This document shows positions 9,404-18,797 of a stretch of 64,000 nt of DNA, one piece after another (positions within the stretch are counted from its first letter, which is position 1; each line of letters begins with the position of its first letter). A program made the translations under genes and the position numbers. The notes under the pieces are model-generated. The model was not told where the DNA came from, ran no database searches, and worked only from the letters and a program-made list of their open reading frames with translations. Source of the stretch: Pseudomonadota bacterium (GTDB lineage: Bacteria; Myxococcota; JACRCW01; JAFGSX01); the NCBI GenBank assembly GCA_043821645.1, contig JBDRCO010000101.1, positions 32,001 to 96,000 on the forward strand, in the 5' to 3' direction.

Positions 9404-10195
9404 TCAGGACCGCGACCAGGGCGCCTCTGGCAGGCCCTCGATCAGCGCCTCGGCCTGCGCCACGATGCTGTCCACCATGGCCTGGCCGTAGGGCAGGGAA
9501 GCCCGGCGCGCGTCGCCCATGCACCCATTGCGGGTGAGCTGATCAAAGGGCAGCGGGATATCGAGGGCCTTGCGCCGGACCAGGGGCACCACGAGATCCC
9601 GCAGCGTGTGCAGGGGTCCTGGCTCCATGGCAGCCAGGGCCTCGCTGCGCACCAGTTTTGGCTGCAGCACCATGGCCAGGCTGACCTCCATGCCGCAAGC
9701 ATGTCCACCTTGTCCGCTGTCGTCGAAGCGCCGATCGATCTCGGGATCGTACATGTTGTAGTACGTGCAGACAGCCACCAGGTCGGGGTTCAGCTCGCGC
9801 TGGATCGACGTGCAGGCGGCGTTGAGGGTGCCGATGTTGCCGCCGTGGCCGTTGACCAGCAGAAAGCGACGCAGCCCGTGGTGCATCAAGGAGGCGATGA
9901 CGTCGTGCACCAGCGCCTGCAAGGTCGACTCGCGAAGGGTCACGGTGCCTGGAAAACCCATGTGATGGGGTGAGATCCCGAAGGGGATGGCGGGCGTGAC
10001 CAGCAGGCGTGGCCGCAAGTTGTTCTCGAGGCGCAGGCAGACCGCTCGCGCCAGGTCCGCGTCACAGGCCAGTTCGAGGTTGGGGCCGTGTTGCTCGCAG
10101 GAGCCCACCGGGATCAGCACCAGTTCCACCTTGGGCAGGATGTCCTGGATCTCGGGCCAGGTCAGGCGCTCGAGCAGCGCCGGGCGATCGGACAT
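9404..10195 (-). CDS. Creatininase / creatinine amidohydrolase family protein
   Basis: PVGSCEQHGPNL..D, SPHHMGFPGT, NGHGGN and HACGMEVS motifs. Confidence 0.92.
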   Translation of the reverse strand: MSDRPALLERLTWPEIQDILPKVELVLIPVGSCEQHGPNLELACDADLARAVCLRLENNLRPRLLVTPAIPFGISPHHMGFPGTVTLRESTLQALVHDVIASLMHHGLRRFLLVNGHGGNIGTLNAACTSIQRELNPDLVAVCTYYNMYDPEIDRRFDDSGQGGHACGMEVSLAMVLQPKLVRSEALAAMEPGPLHTLRDLVVPLVRRKALDIPLPFDQLTRNGCMGDARRASLPYGQAMVDSIVAQAEALIEGLPEAPWSRS

Positions 10196-10249
10196 GTTTC
10201 ACCTCCGGTTCGCGGGTATGGCCGAGGTCGACAAGAAGCGCCCCGACCG

Positions 10250-10948
10250 TCACAGGAATTCGTACAGCGGGATCAGCGCCACGCCGGCCATGGCGGGGAT
10301 GCGCGCCTGGAGCCCGACCGAGAGGGACCACACCTGGCCGCGCTCCAGCACTTGCCACGAGCCTCCCGCGACCACGCCCACTCCCACCTCGCCCCAGGCC
10401 CAGCCAAACAGCGCGCCGTCCTCGGAGGCCTCGGCCACGGGCTCGGCGTCGTCGAGAAAAGTGGTCCAGTCCAGGGCCAGAGACAGGCTACCTCCACCGC
10501 CACCAGCGAGTCCGGCATCCGCCACAGGCAACAGCAGGTCGGCGCTGGCGAGCACGCCCAGGCGCAGTCCGTCGCTGTCCAGGCGCCGGATCCAGGGGTA
10601 GTAGCCGAACTCGACAAAGGCTCCGTGTCTCGGCAGCTGTGCACTGAAGGGATCTGGATAGCGCAGCAGGTATCCCAGGCCGAGTTCGTAGGGCCTGTCC
10701 CTGAAAGAGCGCAGGGCTTGCAACGGATTCACCGCGGCACGCAGTTCGAGGTCAGGGTGCCCCGGGTGGTTCAGCTGCTTCTGTCCCGGGGCCTGCCAGG
10801 CCACAGGCATGCTCGCGCTCACACTCAGGCGACCGGGCGGAGCGACCATGGGTATGGGCACGCAGGCCTCGAACAGCAGGGCGCAGGCGGCCACAGCGAC
10901 GGCTGCCATATGGTGCAAGACAGGACGGTGGCACAGCATGGCACCCAT
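10250..10948 (-). CDS. Hypothetical lipoprotein / outer-membrane beta-rich protein (start uncertain)
   Basis: Hydrophobic leader ending LFEAC, alternating beta-strand pattern, same orientation as the creatininase gene. Confidence 0.6.
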   Translation of the reverse strand: MGAMLCHRPVLHHMAAVAVAACALLFEACVPIPMVAPPGRLSVSASMPVAWQAPGQKQLNHPGHPDLELRAAVNPLQALRSFRDRPYELGLGYLLRYPDPFSAQLPRHGAFVEFGYYPWIRRLDSDGLRLGVLASADLLLPVADAGLAGGGGGSLSLALDWTTFLDDAEPVAEASEDGALFGWAWGEVGVGVVAGGSWQVLERGQVWSLSVGLQARIPAMAGVALIPLYEFL

Positions 10949-11064
10949 GCTAACCCCGGCTGGTCCCGGACCAAAGTGCAGCTCGTCACTCGACGCTCGT
11001 GGGTGTCGGCACTATGTTGAGCCCGGTCCTCGGGACTTCGCGAGATCTCAGCCAGGGAGAAACC

Positions 11065-11982
11065 ATGTCACTCGTCGCACTTTTCATGGGCAAGGGCCCC
11101 AATGGCTTTGGAAATGGGAGCACGGCCGAGGAGGTGACCGAGGGCCTGGATCTGAGCGGCAAGACCTACCTGCTCACAGGCTGCAACTCGGGCATCGGCC
11201 TCGAGAGCCTGCGCGTGCTAGGCCTGCGCGGTGCACACGTCATCGCCGCGGCGCGAACCGAGGACAAGGCACGTGCTGCCCTCGAGCAGACTGGGACCGC
11301 GGGCACGCCTGTGGCCTGTGAGCTGTCCGAGCCTGCGTCAGTGAGGGCTGCGGTGGAGCAGGTGCGCGCCCTGCGGCGGCCCCTCGACGCCATTCTGTGC
11401 AATGCGGGTATCATGGCCTTGCCCAAGCGCGAGCTGCAGCACGGCTACGAGGCGCAGTTCTTCACCAACCACATCGGTCACTTCATCCTGGTGACCGGGC
11501 TCCTCGATCAGCTCACCAGCGACGGACGCGTCGTCATGGTCAGCAGCTCGGCGCACCGGACGGCACCGGCCCAGGGCATCGAGTTCGACAATCTCGACGC
11601 CAGCAAGAGCTATGGCGCCTTCCGCAACTACGGACAGGCCAAGCTGGCCAACCTGCTGTTTGCCCGGCAGCTGGCTCGCAGGTTCCAGGGCAGCGGGCGA
11701 ACCGCCTTCGCGGTGCATCCTGGGGTCATCCCGACCAACCTCGCGCGGCACATGAATCCGGTCGCGGCAGTGGGCATGGCCGTGGTGGCTCCCTTGTTCA
11801 TGAAGTCGGCAGCCCAGGGTGCTGCCACCCAGATCTACGTCGCCACGGGCAGCGTGGACCCGAGCCAATCTGGCAGTTACTTCGCGGACTGCAATCCGGC
11901 CAGGCCAGCGCGCCAGGGGCAGGACGATGCCCTGGCGGAGAAGCTGTGGCAGGTGAGCGAGCAGATCGCGGCGAGCGTGTAG
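11065..11982 (+). CDS. Short-chain dehydrogenase/reductase (retinol dehydrogenase/WWOX-like)
   Basis: TGCNSGIG, CNAGIM, NHIGHF, YGQAK (YxxxK) and VHPG motifs. Confidence 0.93.
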   Translation: MSLVALFMGKGPNGFGNGSTAEEVTEGLDLSGKTYLLTGCNSGIGLESLRVLGLRGAHVIAAARTEDKARAALEQTGTAGTPVACELSEPASVRAAVEQVRALRRPLDAILCNAGIMALPKRELQHGYEAQFFTNHIGHFILVTGLLDQLTSDGRVVMVSSSAHRTAPAQGIEFDNLDASKSYGAFRNYGQAKLANLLFARQLARRFQGSGRTAFAVHPGVIPTNLARHMNPVAAVGMAVVAPLFMKSAAQGAATQIYVATGSVDPSQSGSYFADCNPARPARQGQDDALAEKLWQVSEQIAASV

Positions 11983-11986
11983 CGGT

Positions 11987-12895
11987 TCAACTCAGGACGC
12001 GATTCCAGGCCAGAACCGAGACCAGAGCGGCAAGTTGCGCTGCCAGGGCAGCACGATCGATGTCCAGCGGGCAGTTCAGGCGAGCGGCCTCGGCCACGGC
12101 GATCAGTTCCTGGTAGAAGCCTCTCAGCGCGTGGGTGGCATGCCGGCGCTGCGAGGGGTCTGACCACAGGTCCACGGCGTCGACGACATCGTCGCGCAGC
12201 TCGGTGAGCACCTCGTGCAGGGGGCAGCGCGGCCCGGTAGCGCGGCGTCCGCGCAGGGCACGATCGACCATGATGAGCAAATCGTCGCGGTCGTGGCGCG
12301 CTGACTGCCAGCCTCCATCACGGCTGAGCTGCAGGTACTCTGGGGTCAGCACCCAGGCTGGCTTTCGTCCATTGCGTCCGATGAGGATGGCAAAGAACTG
12401 CGCGGGCTCGAGCTCGGTCTCGCCCTCCACGGCGTGGCTGCTGCGAGCCGGATCGTTCCAGCAGCGCCGGCGCAGATGCTGAACGGTCCACTCCGAGAAG
12501 CAGCGCTTGCGGTCCAGGCTATCCATGATCACGAACTTGTCGTCGCGGTGCGCGAGGACCGCGATCCAGTGCTCGAAGTGTCGGGTGAGCACGAGCGCGG
12601 GCAGCTGCTTGTCCAGGTGCTCGGCCAGCTCGGCCGCCCAGCGGCCACCCCAGGATCGTCGCGTCTGCTTGAGCTCGCGGCTTCCCACATCATAGTGGCG
12701 CGCCGCGCGTTGCAGGTCGTGCTCGTCGACGCCCCGGAACTCGCGATCGCTGCGCCACGGGTGTCCGGTGGCGCGTGCCACCTGCTGTGCCGAGGCCTCA
12801 ATGCCCAGGACCCGCAGGCAGGTTGCCAGTGCGGTGGGGCCACAGCCATTGGTCAGCTGGTACTCGGACAGGTGATCAAAAGGTTCACTGGCCAC
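11987..12895 (-). CDS. Stand-alone C39-like cysteine peptidase with C-terminal helical domain
   Basis: Q...CGPTAL catalytic Cys motif, HWIAV catalytic His, and downstream MDS Asp. Confidence 0.75.
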   Translation of the reverse strand: MASEPFDHLSEYQLTNGCGPTALATCLRVLGIEASAQQVARATGHPWRSDREFRGVDEHDLQRAARHYDVGSRELKQTRRSWGGRWAAELAEHLDKQLPALVLTRHFEHWIAVLAHRDDKFVIMDSLDRKRCFSEWTVQHLRRRCWNDPARSSHAVEGETELEPAQFFAILIGRNGRKPAWVLTPEYLQLSRDGGWQSARHDRDDLLIMVDRALRGRRATGPRCPLHEVLTELRDDVVDAVDLWSDPSQRRHATHALRGFYQELIAVAEAARLNCPLDIDRAALAAQLAALVSVLAWNRVLS

Positions 12896-13217
12896 GACGC
12901 TCTACCTGTTCAGTGTCGGGAGCACGGTGTGCACCCGCACTCGACCATCCAAAAATGAGACGGGCGCCGCGTCCGGGCCCTGGCCTGGGCGCTAGTGCTC
13001 CCACTTCCTGTGCGCGACGTCGAGCAACTTTTGGACAGGTCGTTGCATCCCTGTCATGGCTGGCCCAGATCCGTTCTTTCGGGGCCAGCAGGCTCGAGTC
13101 GAGGCGCCCATACCAGGTCTGGAAGAATGTAGTAACCATACAGAATAAAAGGAGAATACTTAGTTTCTTGTGACATCACTCCTGGCTTCTTGGCGGAGCA
13201 GGGCAGAAATCAAGTTG

Positions 13218-13259
13218 CGTCCAGATATTGTCTCAATAAATAAGGACAACACCCGGACA
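13218..13259. promoter_or_regulatory. 42-bp imperfect palindrome, candidate operator upstream of the SOUL gene
   Basis: CGTCC-N6-TGTCT-N10-GGACA-N6-GGACA, with half-sites in 11-bp phase and a TTGTC-N12-GACAA core in an AT-rich intergenic region. Confidence 0.5.
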
Positions 13260-13269
13260 GGAGTGAAGC

Positions 13270-14031
13270 ATGACCACCACCAACTTTCGTCGACCCATCG
13301 TCCTGGCCCTGGCGGCTGTCGCCGGTGTGGTCGCGTGGAGGCCTGCCATGGCCATCGAGGAACCCCGCTACACCGTCCTGCAGAGCAGCGATCAGTTCGA
13401 GATCCGGCGCTATAGCCCCTACGTGGTCGCCGAGGTCGAGGTCCAGGGAGATTTCGAGGAGGCGGGCAGCCGCGGCTTTGGCCCCCTGGCCGACTACATC
13501 TTTGGCAACAACGTGGCCAACCAGGACACCGAGGTGCCAGGCTCGGGGAGGGCTGAGGGTCCCGGCGAACGCCTGGCCATGACCTCGCCGGTGCTGCAGC
13601 AAGAACGCGACGGTGAGAAGATCGAAATGACAGCGCCTGTCATGCAGCAGGACGTTCCGGGAAGGCGCCTGGTCCGCTTCGTCATGCCGGGCAGCCGCAG
13701 CCTGGCGACCCTTCCGACACCACGAAACCCACGCGTGCAGCTGCTCCAGGTGCCGGGAGACACCTACGCCGTGATCCGCTACAGCGGGCGCTGGACCGCA
13801 GATAACTACAACAAGCACCTGGACGAATTGAGACGGGAGATCCGCGCCCGCGGTTTCGAGGAGACAGGGACAGCGCAGTGGGCGCGTTACAATGCTCCCT
13901 ACACACCGTGGTTTCTACGACGCAACGAGATCCTGGTGCCGGTGCGCTCACCGGCCAGCGGAAAAGCGACCCTGTCGCGCCCTGCGCCGCAGGCTCTCGA
14001 CGCGATAAGCGCTGAACGCAGCGACGGTTGA
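13270..14031 (+). CDS. SOUL heme-binding protein
   Basis: IEEPRYTV, FEIRRY, GFGPLADYIFGNN, IEMTAPV, FVMP and YNAPYTPWFLRRNEI motifs. AGGAG RBS and signal peptide. Confidence 0.93.
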   Translation: MTTTNFRRPIVLALAAVAGVVAWRPAMAIEEPRYTVLQSSDQFEIRRYSPYVVAEVEVQGDFEEAGSRGFGPLADYIFGNNVANQDTEVPGSGRAEGPGERLAMTSPVLQQERDGEKIEMTAPVMQQDVPGRRLVRFVMPGSRSLATLPTPRNPRVQLLQVPGDTYAVIRYSGRWTADNYNKHLDELRREIRARGFEETGTAQWARYNAPYTPWFLRRNEILVPVRSPASGKATLSRPAPQALDAISAERSDG

Positions 14032-14257
14032 GTCGCGGAGCTCGACTAAGCGCCCATCAAGAGGAGACCCGGATCCGTCTCGAAGGTCCCCGCTGCTGCC
14101 TCATCCGTTCGCGGACAAACTCCATTTTTTTGCCTGCCTCTGCTGGGCCAGGAGCAAGCCACGTCCGCGCATGCCATGGCGGCTTGGCCCGGACAGGAGC
14201 CGGGACTAGACTGGATGCGCGTTCCCTGGTGACCTGACGAGGAGTGTGGCCTCACGC

Positions 14258-17029
14258 ATGAAAACCTGTCCTGGCTGCGGGGCCTGCTTCGAGGACCTCG
14301 ACGACCACTGTGCCTTCGACGGCGGCATCCTGGACGAGGTGTTTCCGGGCTCGCGAGCGCTGGCGGCACGTTACCTGCTCGAGCAGCGCGTGGCCGAGGG
14401 CGCCATGGGAGCGGTGTTCCGGGCGGTCCACCTGCAGATCGGTTCCACGGTCGCGGTCAAGCTGATGCAGCCGCGCAAGGATGAGCTGCAGGTGGGGCTC
14501 GCCAGGTTTCATCGCGAGGCGCAGATCCTGGGTCAGATCAAGCACCCCAACGCCGTGCTGGTCATGGACTTCGGGGTCGAAGAGCGCGAGGGCCAGAGCG
14601 TTCCATACCTGGTCACCGAGTTCCTTCGTGGCGAGTCCCTGTCCGAGCTGCTGCAGCGCAAGCATACCCTGACGCTCGAGGAGGCCGAGCGCATCATCAC
14701 ACCGCTGTGCGAGGCGGTGGAGGAAGCGCACCAGGCTGGCGTCATTCACCGCGACATCAAGCCCAGCAACCTGTTCCTCGAGCGCCTGCGGGATGGCAGC
14801 GAGGTGGTCAAGGTTCTCGACTTCGGCATCGCCAAGTTCGTCGAGGTGGCGCCCGGTTTCATGCAGCAGCTGGCCCGGGACGGCCAGGGCGCACCGGTGT
14901 CCGCGACCGAGCTCGACCTGTTCGACGAGGTCGCCGCGGTGCAGACCGGCGAGCACACCGTGCCCCTTCGCCCGGTGCGCAGCGCGAGCGCCCTGGAGGG
15001 TCCGCGCAGCGACACCATCACCGAGGCGGGCTTCATGGTCGGCACCATCCCGTACATGGCGCCAGAACAGATGACCGGCGAGCGCGTGTCGCGACAGAGT
15101 GACGTCTTTGCCATTGCCAGCTTGTTGTTTCGACTGCTGGTGGGCCGGCTGCCCTTCACCGGGACCGATGACGAGGTCATTGCCGCCAAGCTGCAGGGAC
15201 CGAGACCCCGGCTGCGCGACTTGCTGGGCGGTATCCCCGTGGCGCTTGACGAGGTCGTTTTTGCGGGCCTGGCCCTTCACCCGGGTGACCGGCCGGGGAG
15301 CGCCCTCGAACTTTCGCGCGCCCTGCGTGACGCCACGGCCACATCTCGCGAGGCCACCGACGATCCCACCCTCCATCTGGCCCTGCAGCTGCACAGCCTG
15401 TCGCGAACGGTCGAGAGAATCACCGAGGCTGCACGCGTGCTCGCCAGCGACAGTGACGTCGAGGGCAGCTACCAGCTGTTGCGCGATCGCATCCTGGGCA
15501 TCGACCGGCCACTGGCACGTGCCCAGCAACTGACCGAGCGTCTGCCGGCCCGGATCGACGGCGAGGCGGCGCTCTCCCTGCGCGAGGAGCTACAGGGTTT
15601 CGAGGACAGCCTGGAACCGGTGACCCGGGCACTGCGAGGCGTCGAGCAGGCGCGCAGCGACGAGCGCATGGGCTACCTGTCCGCCCTGTGGTCGCGACTG
15701 CTGCGGCATGCAAGCCGGATGCTGGGGCGCGTGGCCGAGCTGACCGTGCCGACGGAGTTTGAACTCCTGGCGACCACCCGGCCCCACAATCCCTTCGTGG
15801 TTGACGACGAGGAGCCAACCACGGCCCTCGAGGCGCTGGCGACCGCCCTGCTGCAAGAGGATTCCCTGGACCGAACCGAGGCATTCGAATCCCTCATCAC
15901 CGAGCATGCGGTCCGGCTGCAGTCCATGCTGGCTCTGGGCGCTCAGCGCAGCACACCGCTGATCGAGCGGCTGGTCGGGGGCCTGTGGCACCAGGCCGAC
16001 TTGCTGATGTTGATGGAATTGTTTCCGCGTAGCCGCGGCGTTCGTCTGTTGCCCCTCCTCACGGCCTCGCGCGCGGTGCACGCAGCACGGCCCTTCGTGG
16101 TCCTGGCGAGCATTTACACTGGCCAGCAGCAGGGTGACACCACCGCCCATGCCAACGTGGAGGTGGCCGTCAATAGCCTGCCTTCTGCCGCCGACAGGGC
16201 GGTGCTGTGGCGCTGCCTGCTGGCGCACCCCCTGGCTGCGATCCGCGACAAGGCGGCGCAGGAGACCGGACCTGGCGAGTTCTGGGATGTTGTGGTGTAC
16301 GAGCGCACGCCGCTGTGGACCCTGCGCGCCATCTTCGATCGCGTCCGCGAAGAGGCGCCAGCCGAGTACCTCAAGATCTTCTTCCTGTGCGTTCGCGACC
16401 GCCTGTCCGCGGTGCTCGATGCCGACGACGTGCACGAGGCCTTCGGCCTGCTGCAGCGCTTCTTCACCGTGCCGTGTTTTCACGAGGATGTCGTGTTCGA
16501 GCCTCTCCTCGACCTCGATCGCGTCCTGCGCGAGCGAGCCCGGGCTGCCGGTACCTCCGTGCCGGATCAGACCGGCTATGACGAGATGCTGGCGGATTTC
16601 ACCGCCCACGGCGCCGTCGTGAGCCAGAAGCTGGAGCAGATGCGCCACATCCCGTTGCCCATCCAGCGCAAGCTCGCTCGCCAGGGCCACTTCTTGCTGC
16701 ACTTCATCAGCCACAACAACGAGCGCGTGGCGCGGGAGACCCTTCCTCATCTGCTCAGGCTCGACGATGTCACGCCCTACCTGCGTATTCCCACCATCCA
16801 CCGTGCGGTGCTGCTGGAACTGTCGCGGCACCGTCGCTTTTTTCGCAAGGCGTCGGCTCGCCTGGCCCTGCTGCAGAATCCCAAGACACCGGCCCAGGTC
16901 GCGCGCAACTTCGTCCCGCTGGTCGGGCACGAGCAGGTGCGCCTGCTCGCGAGCAACCGCCACGTTGGTGCGGATGTCCGGGCCTTGGCGCGGCTCTATC
17001 TCGAACGCTTGAAGCGTGGCGAGCAATAG
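14258..17029 (+). CDS. Hanks-type Ser/Thr protein kinase with long C-terminal alpha-helical region
   Basis: N-terminal CPGC..C Zn ribbon, GAMGAV, VAVK, HRDIKPSN, DFG and GTIPYMAPE motifs. No TM segment seen. Confidence 0.93.
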   Translation: MKTCPGCGACFEDLDDHCAFDGGILDEVFPGSRALAARYLLEQRVAEGAMGAVFRAVHLQIGSTVAVKLMQPRKDELQVGLARFHREAQILGQIKHPNAVLVMDFGVEEREGQSVPYLVTEFLRGESLSELLQRKHTLTLEEAERIITPLCEAVEEAHQAGVIHRDIKPSNLFLERLRDGSEVVKVLDFGIAKFVEVAPGFMQQLARDGQGAPVSATELDLFDEVAAVQTGEHTVPLRPVRSASALEGPRSDTITEAGFMVGTIPYMAPEQMTGERVSRQSDVFAIASLLFRLLVGRLPFTGTDDEVIAAKLQGPRPRLRDLLGGIPVALDEVVFAGLALHPGDRPGSALELSRALRDATATSREATDDPTLHLALQLHSLSRTVERITEAARVLASDSDVEGSYQLLRDRILGIDRPLARAQQLTERLPARIDGEAALSLREELQGFEDSLEPVTRALRGVEQARSDERMGYLSALWSRLLRHASRMLGRVAELTVPTEFELLATTRPHNPFVVDDEEPTTALEALATALLQEDSLDRTEAFESLITEHAVRLQSMLALGAQRSTPLIERLVGGLWHQADLLMLMELFPRSRGVRLLPLLTASRAVHAARPFVVLASIYTGQQQGDTTAHANVEVAVNSLPSAADRAVLWRCLLAHPLAAIRDKAAQETGPGEFWDVVVYERTPLWTLRAIFDRVREEAPAEYLKIFFLCVRDRLSAVLDADDVHEAFGLLQRFFTVPCFHEDVVFEPLLDLDRVLRERARAAGTSVPDQTGYDEMLADFTAHGAVVSQKLEQMRHIPLPIQRKLARQGHFLLHFISHNNERVARETLPHLLRLDDVTPYLRIPTIHRAVLLELSRHRRFFRKASARLALLQNPKTPAQVARNFVPLVGHEQVRLLASNRHVGADVRALARLYLERLKRGEQ

Positions 17030-17044
17030 CGTTCTGATAAGGGG

Positions 17045-18484
17045 ATGAACACCGACGCACCGACCCTGACCGGCAAGAGCCGGCCCGTGGTTTTGCCACG
17101 GCTGCCTGTCCAGGACGCCCAAGCTGGAGCCGTGCCTGGTGGCTTGCGCATCGAACGCGCGGGGCACGCGCCCGTCGACATGGTACTGGATCCCGAACAG
17201 CGCTACCTGCTGGGACGCCATGACGCGGCGGACATCGGCTTTGCCGCGGCCGAGGTATCCAGGCTGCACGGCGTGCTGCGCGTGGTCGACGGCGTCTGGC
17301 ACTACGAGGACATGGGCAGCCACAATGGCAGCGTGCTCCGTCGCGCGGGGCATGCAAGCCAGGTCGCGCTGCAGGCCCGCGAGGCAATGGCTGTGGGTGT
17401 GGGTGACACCGTTGCCCTTGGCTGCGACGAGGCGCGGCTGCTGTTCGTGGAACGACCGCCACTGCCAGGTGTCCGGCACGACGCCACCGCCCGCTCTGAG
17501 ATCGCCCGGCTGTTCGAGAACAACCTGCAGGTGGCCGCGCGCACCCGGGTCCCAGTGTTCCTGCTCGGTCCGTCCGGCTGTGGCAAGACGAGGGCGGCCA
17601 GGCGCATCCACGATCTCGGCAGGTCCAGCGGGTCGTTTGTGCCGGTCAACTGCGCGCGCTTGCCCGCGGACCCCTCGGCCTTGCACAGCGAGCTGCTGGG
17701 GCACGTCAAGGGCGCCTACACCGGAGCCGAGGCCGATCGGACTGGCAGGTTGGTGCACGCCGACGGTGGGACCCTGTTTCTCGACGAGGTCGAGAGTCTC
17801 TCTCCGCTGGCCCAGGGCTTCTTGCTCGACGTGCTCGAGGGCAGCGGTGACCTGGCGCCCCTGGGCAGCCGGCGGCCCTTGCAGCAGGCTCCCATCTTCC
17901 GACTCCTCTCCGCGTCCAAGCGACCTCTGGGGGAGAGCACGCTGCGCGACGACCTGTGTGAGCGCCTGGCCGAGGGACATTTGTGGCGCGTACCGACGCT
18001 GGATCAGCGGCGCGAGGACATCCCGGGCTTGATCCGGGCCTTTGCCCGCGAGCAGAGCACCTTGCTGGGCGTCGAGGTGGAACTCGCCGAGGACACGGTC
18101 ACGCTGGCTGTCGGGGCGGACTGGCCCGGCCAGATCCGGCAGCTGCGGGCAGCCATCTACGTGCTGGCACAGTGGCTGGTGGCCCGTACCATGGTCGATC
18201 ACGCACCACCACGGCGGGTGCGCATCGAGCGCGTGCACCTGGTGCAACACCTGCGCGAGCGCGACGAGGCCTTTGGTCTGCGTCGAGACATCACATCCGA
18301 TTCCGCGGCGGACTCGCGCGAGCAGGCTCCAGCCCAGAAAGCAGACGCCCGCCGCCTCAGTGCCGCTCAACTTCGCGCCATCTTGCAGGAGTGTGCAGGC
18401 AACCGCAGCGAGGCAGCTCGCCGCCTCGGCATCGCGCGCAATACCCTGGCACGCAAGATTCGCGAGTTCGGGCTGGAGCCTTGA
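17045..18484 (+). CDS. FHA-domain sigma-54 enhancer-binding protein (FHA-AAA+-Fis HTH)
   Basis: FHA motifs LGR, VSRLHG and DMGSHNG. Walker A GPSGCGKT, GAYTGA loop, Walker B LFLDEV, WPGQIRQL, and HTH GNRSEAARRLGIARNTL. Confidence 0.92.
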   Translation: MNTDAPTLTGKSRPVVLPRLPVQDAQAGAVPGGLRIERAGHAPVDMVLDPEQRYLLGRHDAADIGFAAAEVSRLHGVLRVVDGVWHYEDMGSHNGSVLRRAGHASQVALQAREAMAVGVGDTVALGCDEARLLFVERPPLPGVRHDATARSEIARLFENNLQVAARTRVPVFLLGPSGCGKTRAARRIHDLGRSSGSFVPVNCARLPADPSALHSELLGHVKGAYTGAEADRTGRLVHADGGTLFLDEVESLSPLAQGFLLDVLEGSGDLAPLGSRRPLQQAPIFRLLSASKRPLGESTLRDDLCERLAEGHLWRVPTLDQRREDIPGLIRAFAREQSTLLGVEVELAEDTVTLAVGADWPGQIRQLRAAIYVLAQWLVARTMVDHAPPRRVRIERVHLVQHLRERDEAFGLRRDITSDSAADSREQAPAQKADARRLSAAQLRAILQECAGNRSEAARRLGIARNTLARKIREFGLEP

Positions 18485-18521
18485 GCTCTCCCGCGGCGGG
18501 CCGACCGTCCCCATGCTTCCG

Positions 18522-18578
18522 AGGGGTGAAGGCGTCGGGACCTGCGCCCGCCGCAGAGGGGACGAGCCGACCGTCCCC
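18522..18578. repeat. Copy A of a 57-bp double-hairpin intergenic repeat
   Basis: 48/57 identical (hand alignment) to 42013-42069. Hairpins CTGCG/CGCAG and GGGGACG/CGTCCCC. Confidence 0.75.
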
Positions 18579-18650
18579 GAAAGAAAACGAAAACCCCGGA
18601 AGCCCTGGCCGCTGACGCGGGCGACTGGCGAGGTCGCGGACTTCCGGGGT
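18579..18650 (-). terminator. Intrinsic terminator-like structure
   Basis: 10-bp inverted repeat ACCCCGGAAG (18593-18602) / CTTCCGGGGT (18641-18650) enclosing an inner hairpin, followed on the minus strand by TTTCGTTTTCTTTC. Confidence 0.7.
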
Positions 18651-18755
18651 CGGTGATGCGCGCCCGTCCCGACCGCGGGACGTGATCGCGACGCGCAGGG
18701 TGACCAGTGCGCCGGGCCGTCGACGTGGCCGTGGCCACGCCGCCGCCGGGAGGCG

Positions 18756-18797
18756 CTAGGGCGCCATCACCTCACGTGCCTGTTGAACTGCGAACAC
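18756..18797 (-). CDS. 13-aa small ORF MFAVQQAREVMAP
   Basis: GTG start 7 nt after the GGAGG of a maximal Shine-Dalgarno. TAG stop at 18758-18756. Confidence 0.45.
   Translation of the reverse strand: MFAVQQAREVMAP

Noticed and set aside
9404-10195. Creatininase as mycofactocin-type RiPP peptidase (MftE)
   Set aside because: No radical SAM, RRE or precursor gene is adjacent.
15590-18514. Long antisense ORFs in the track (also 466-1956, 35771-38479, 40217-41905, 51270-52979, 53784-56225 and others)
   Set aside because: Shadow frames opposite well-supported genes, expected from high GC3. No recognisable motifs.
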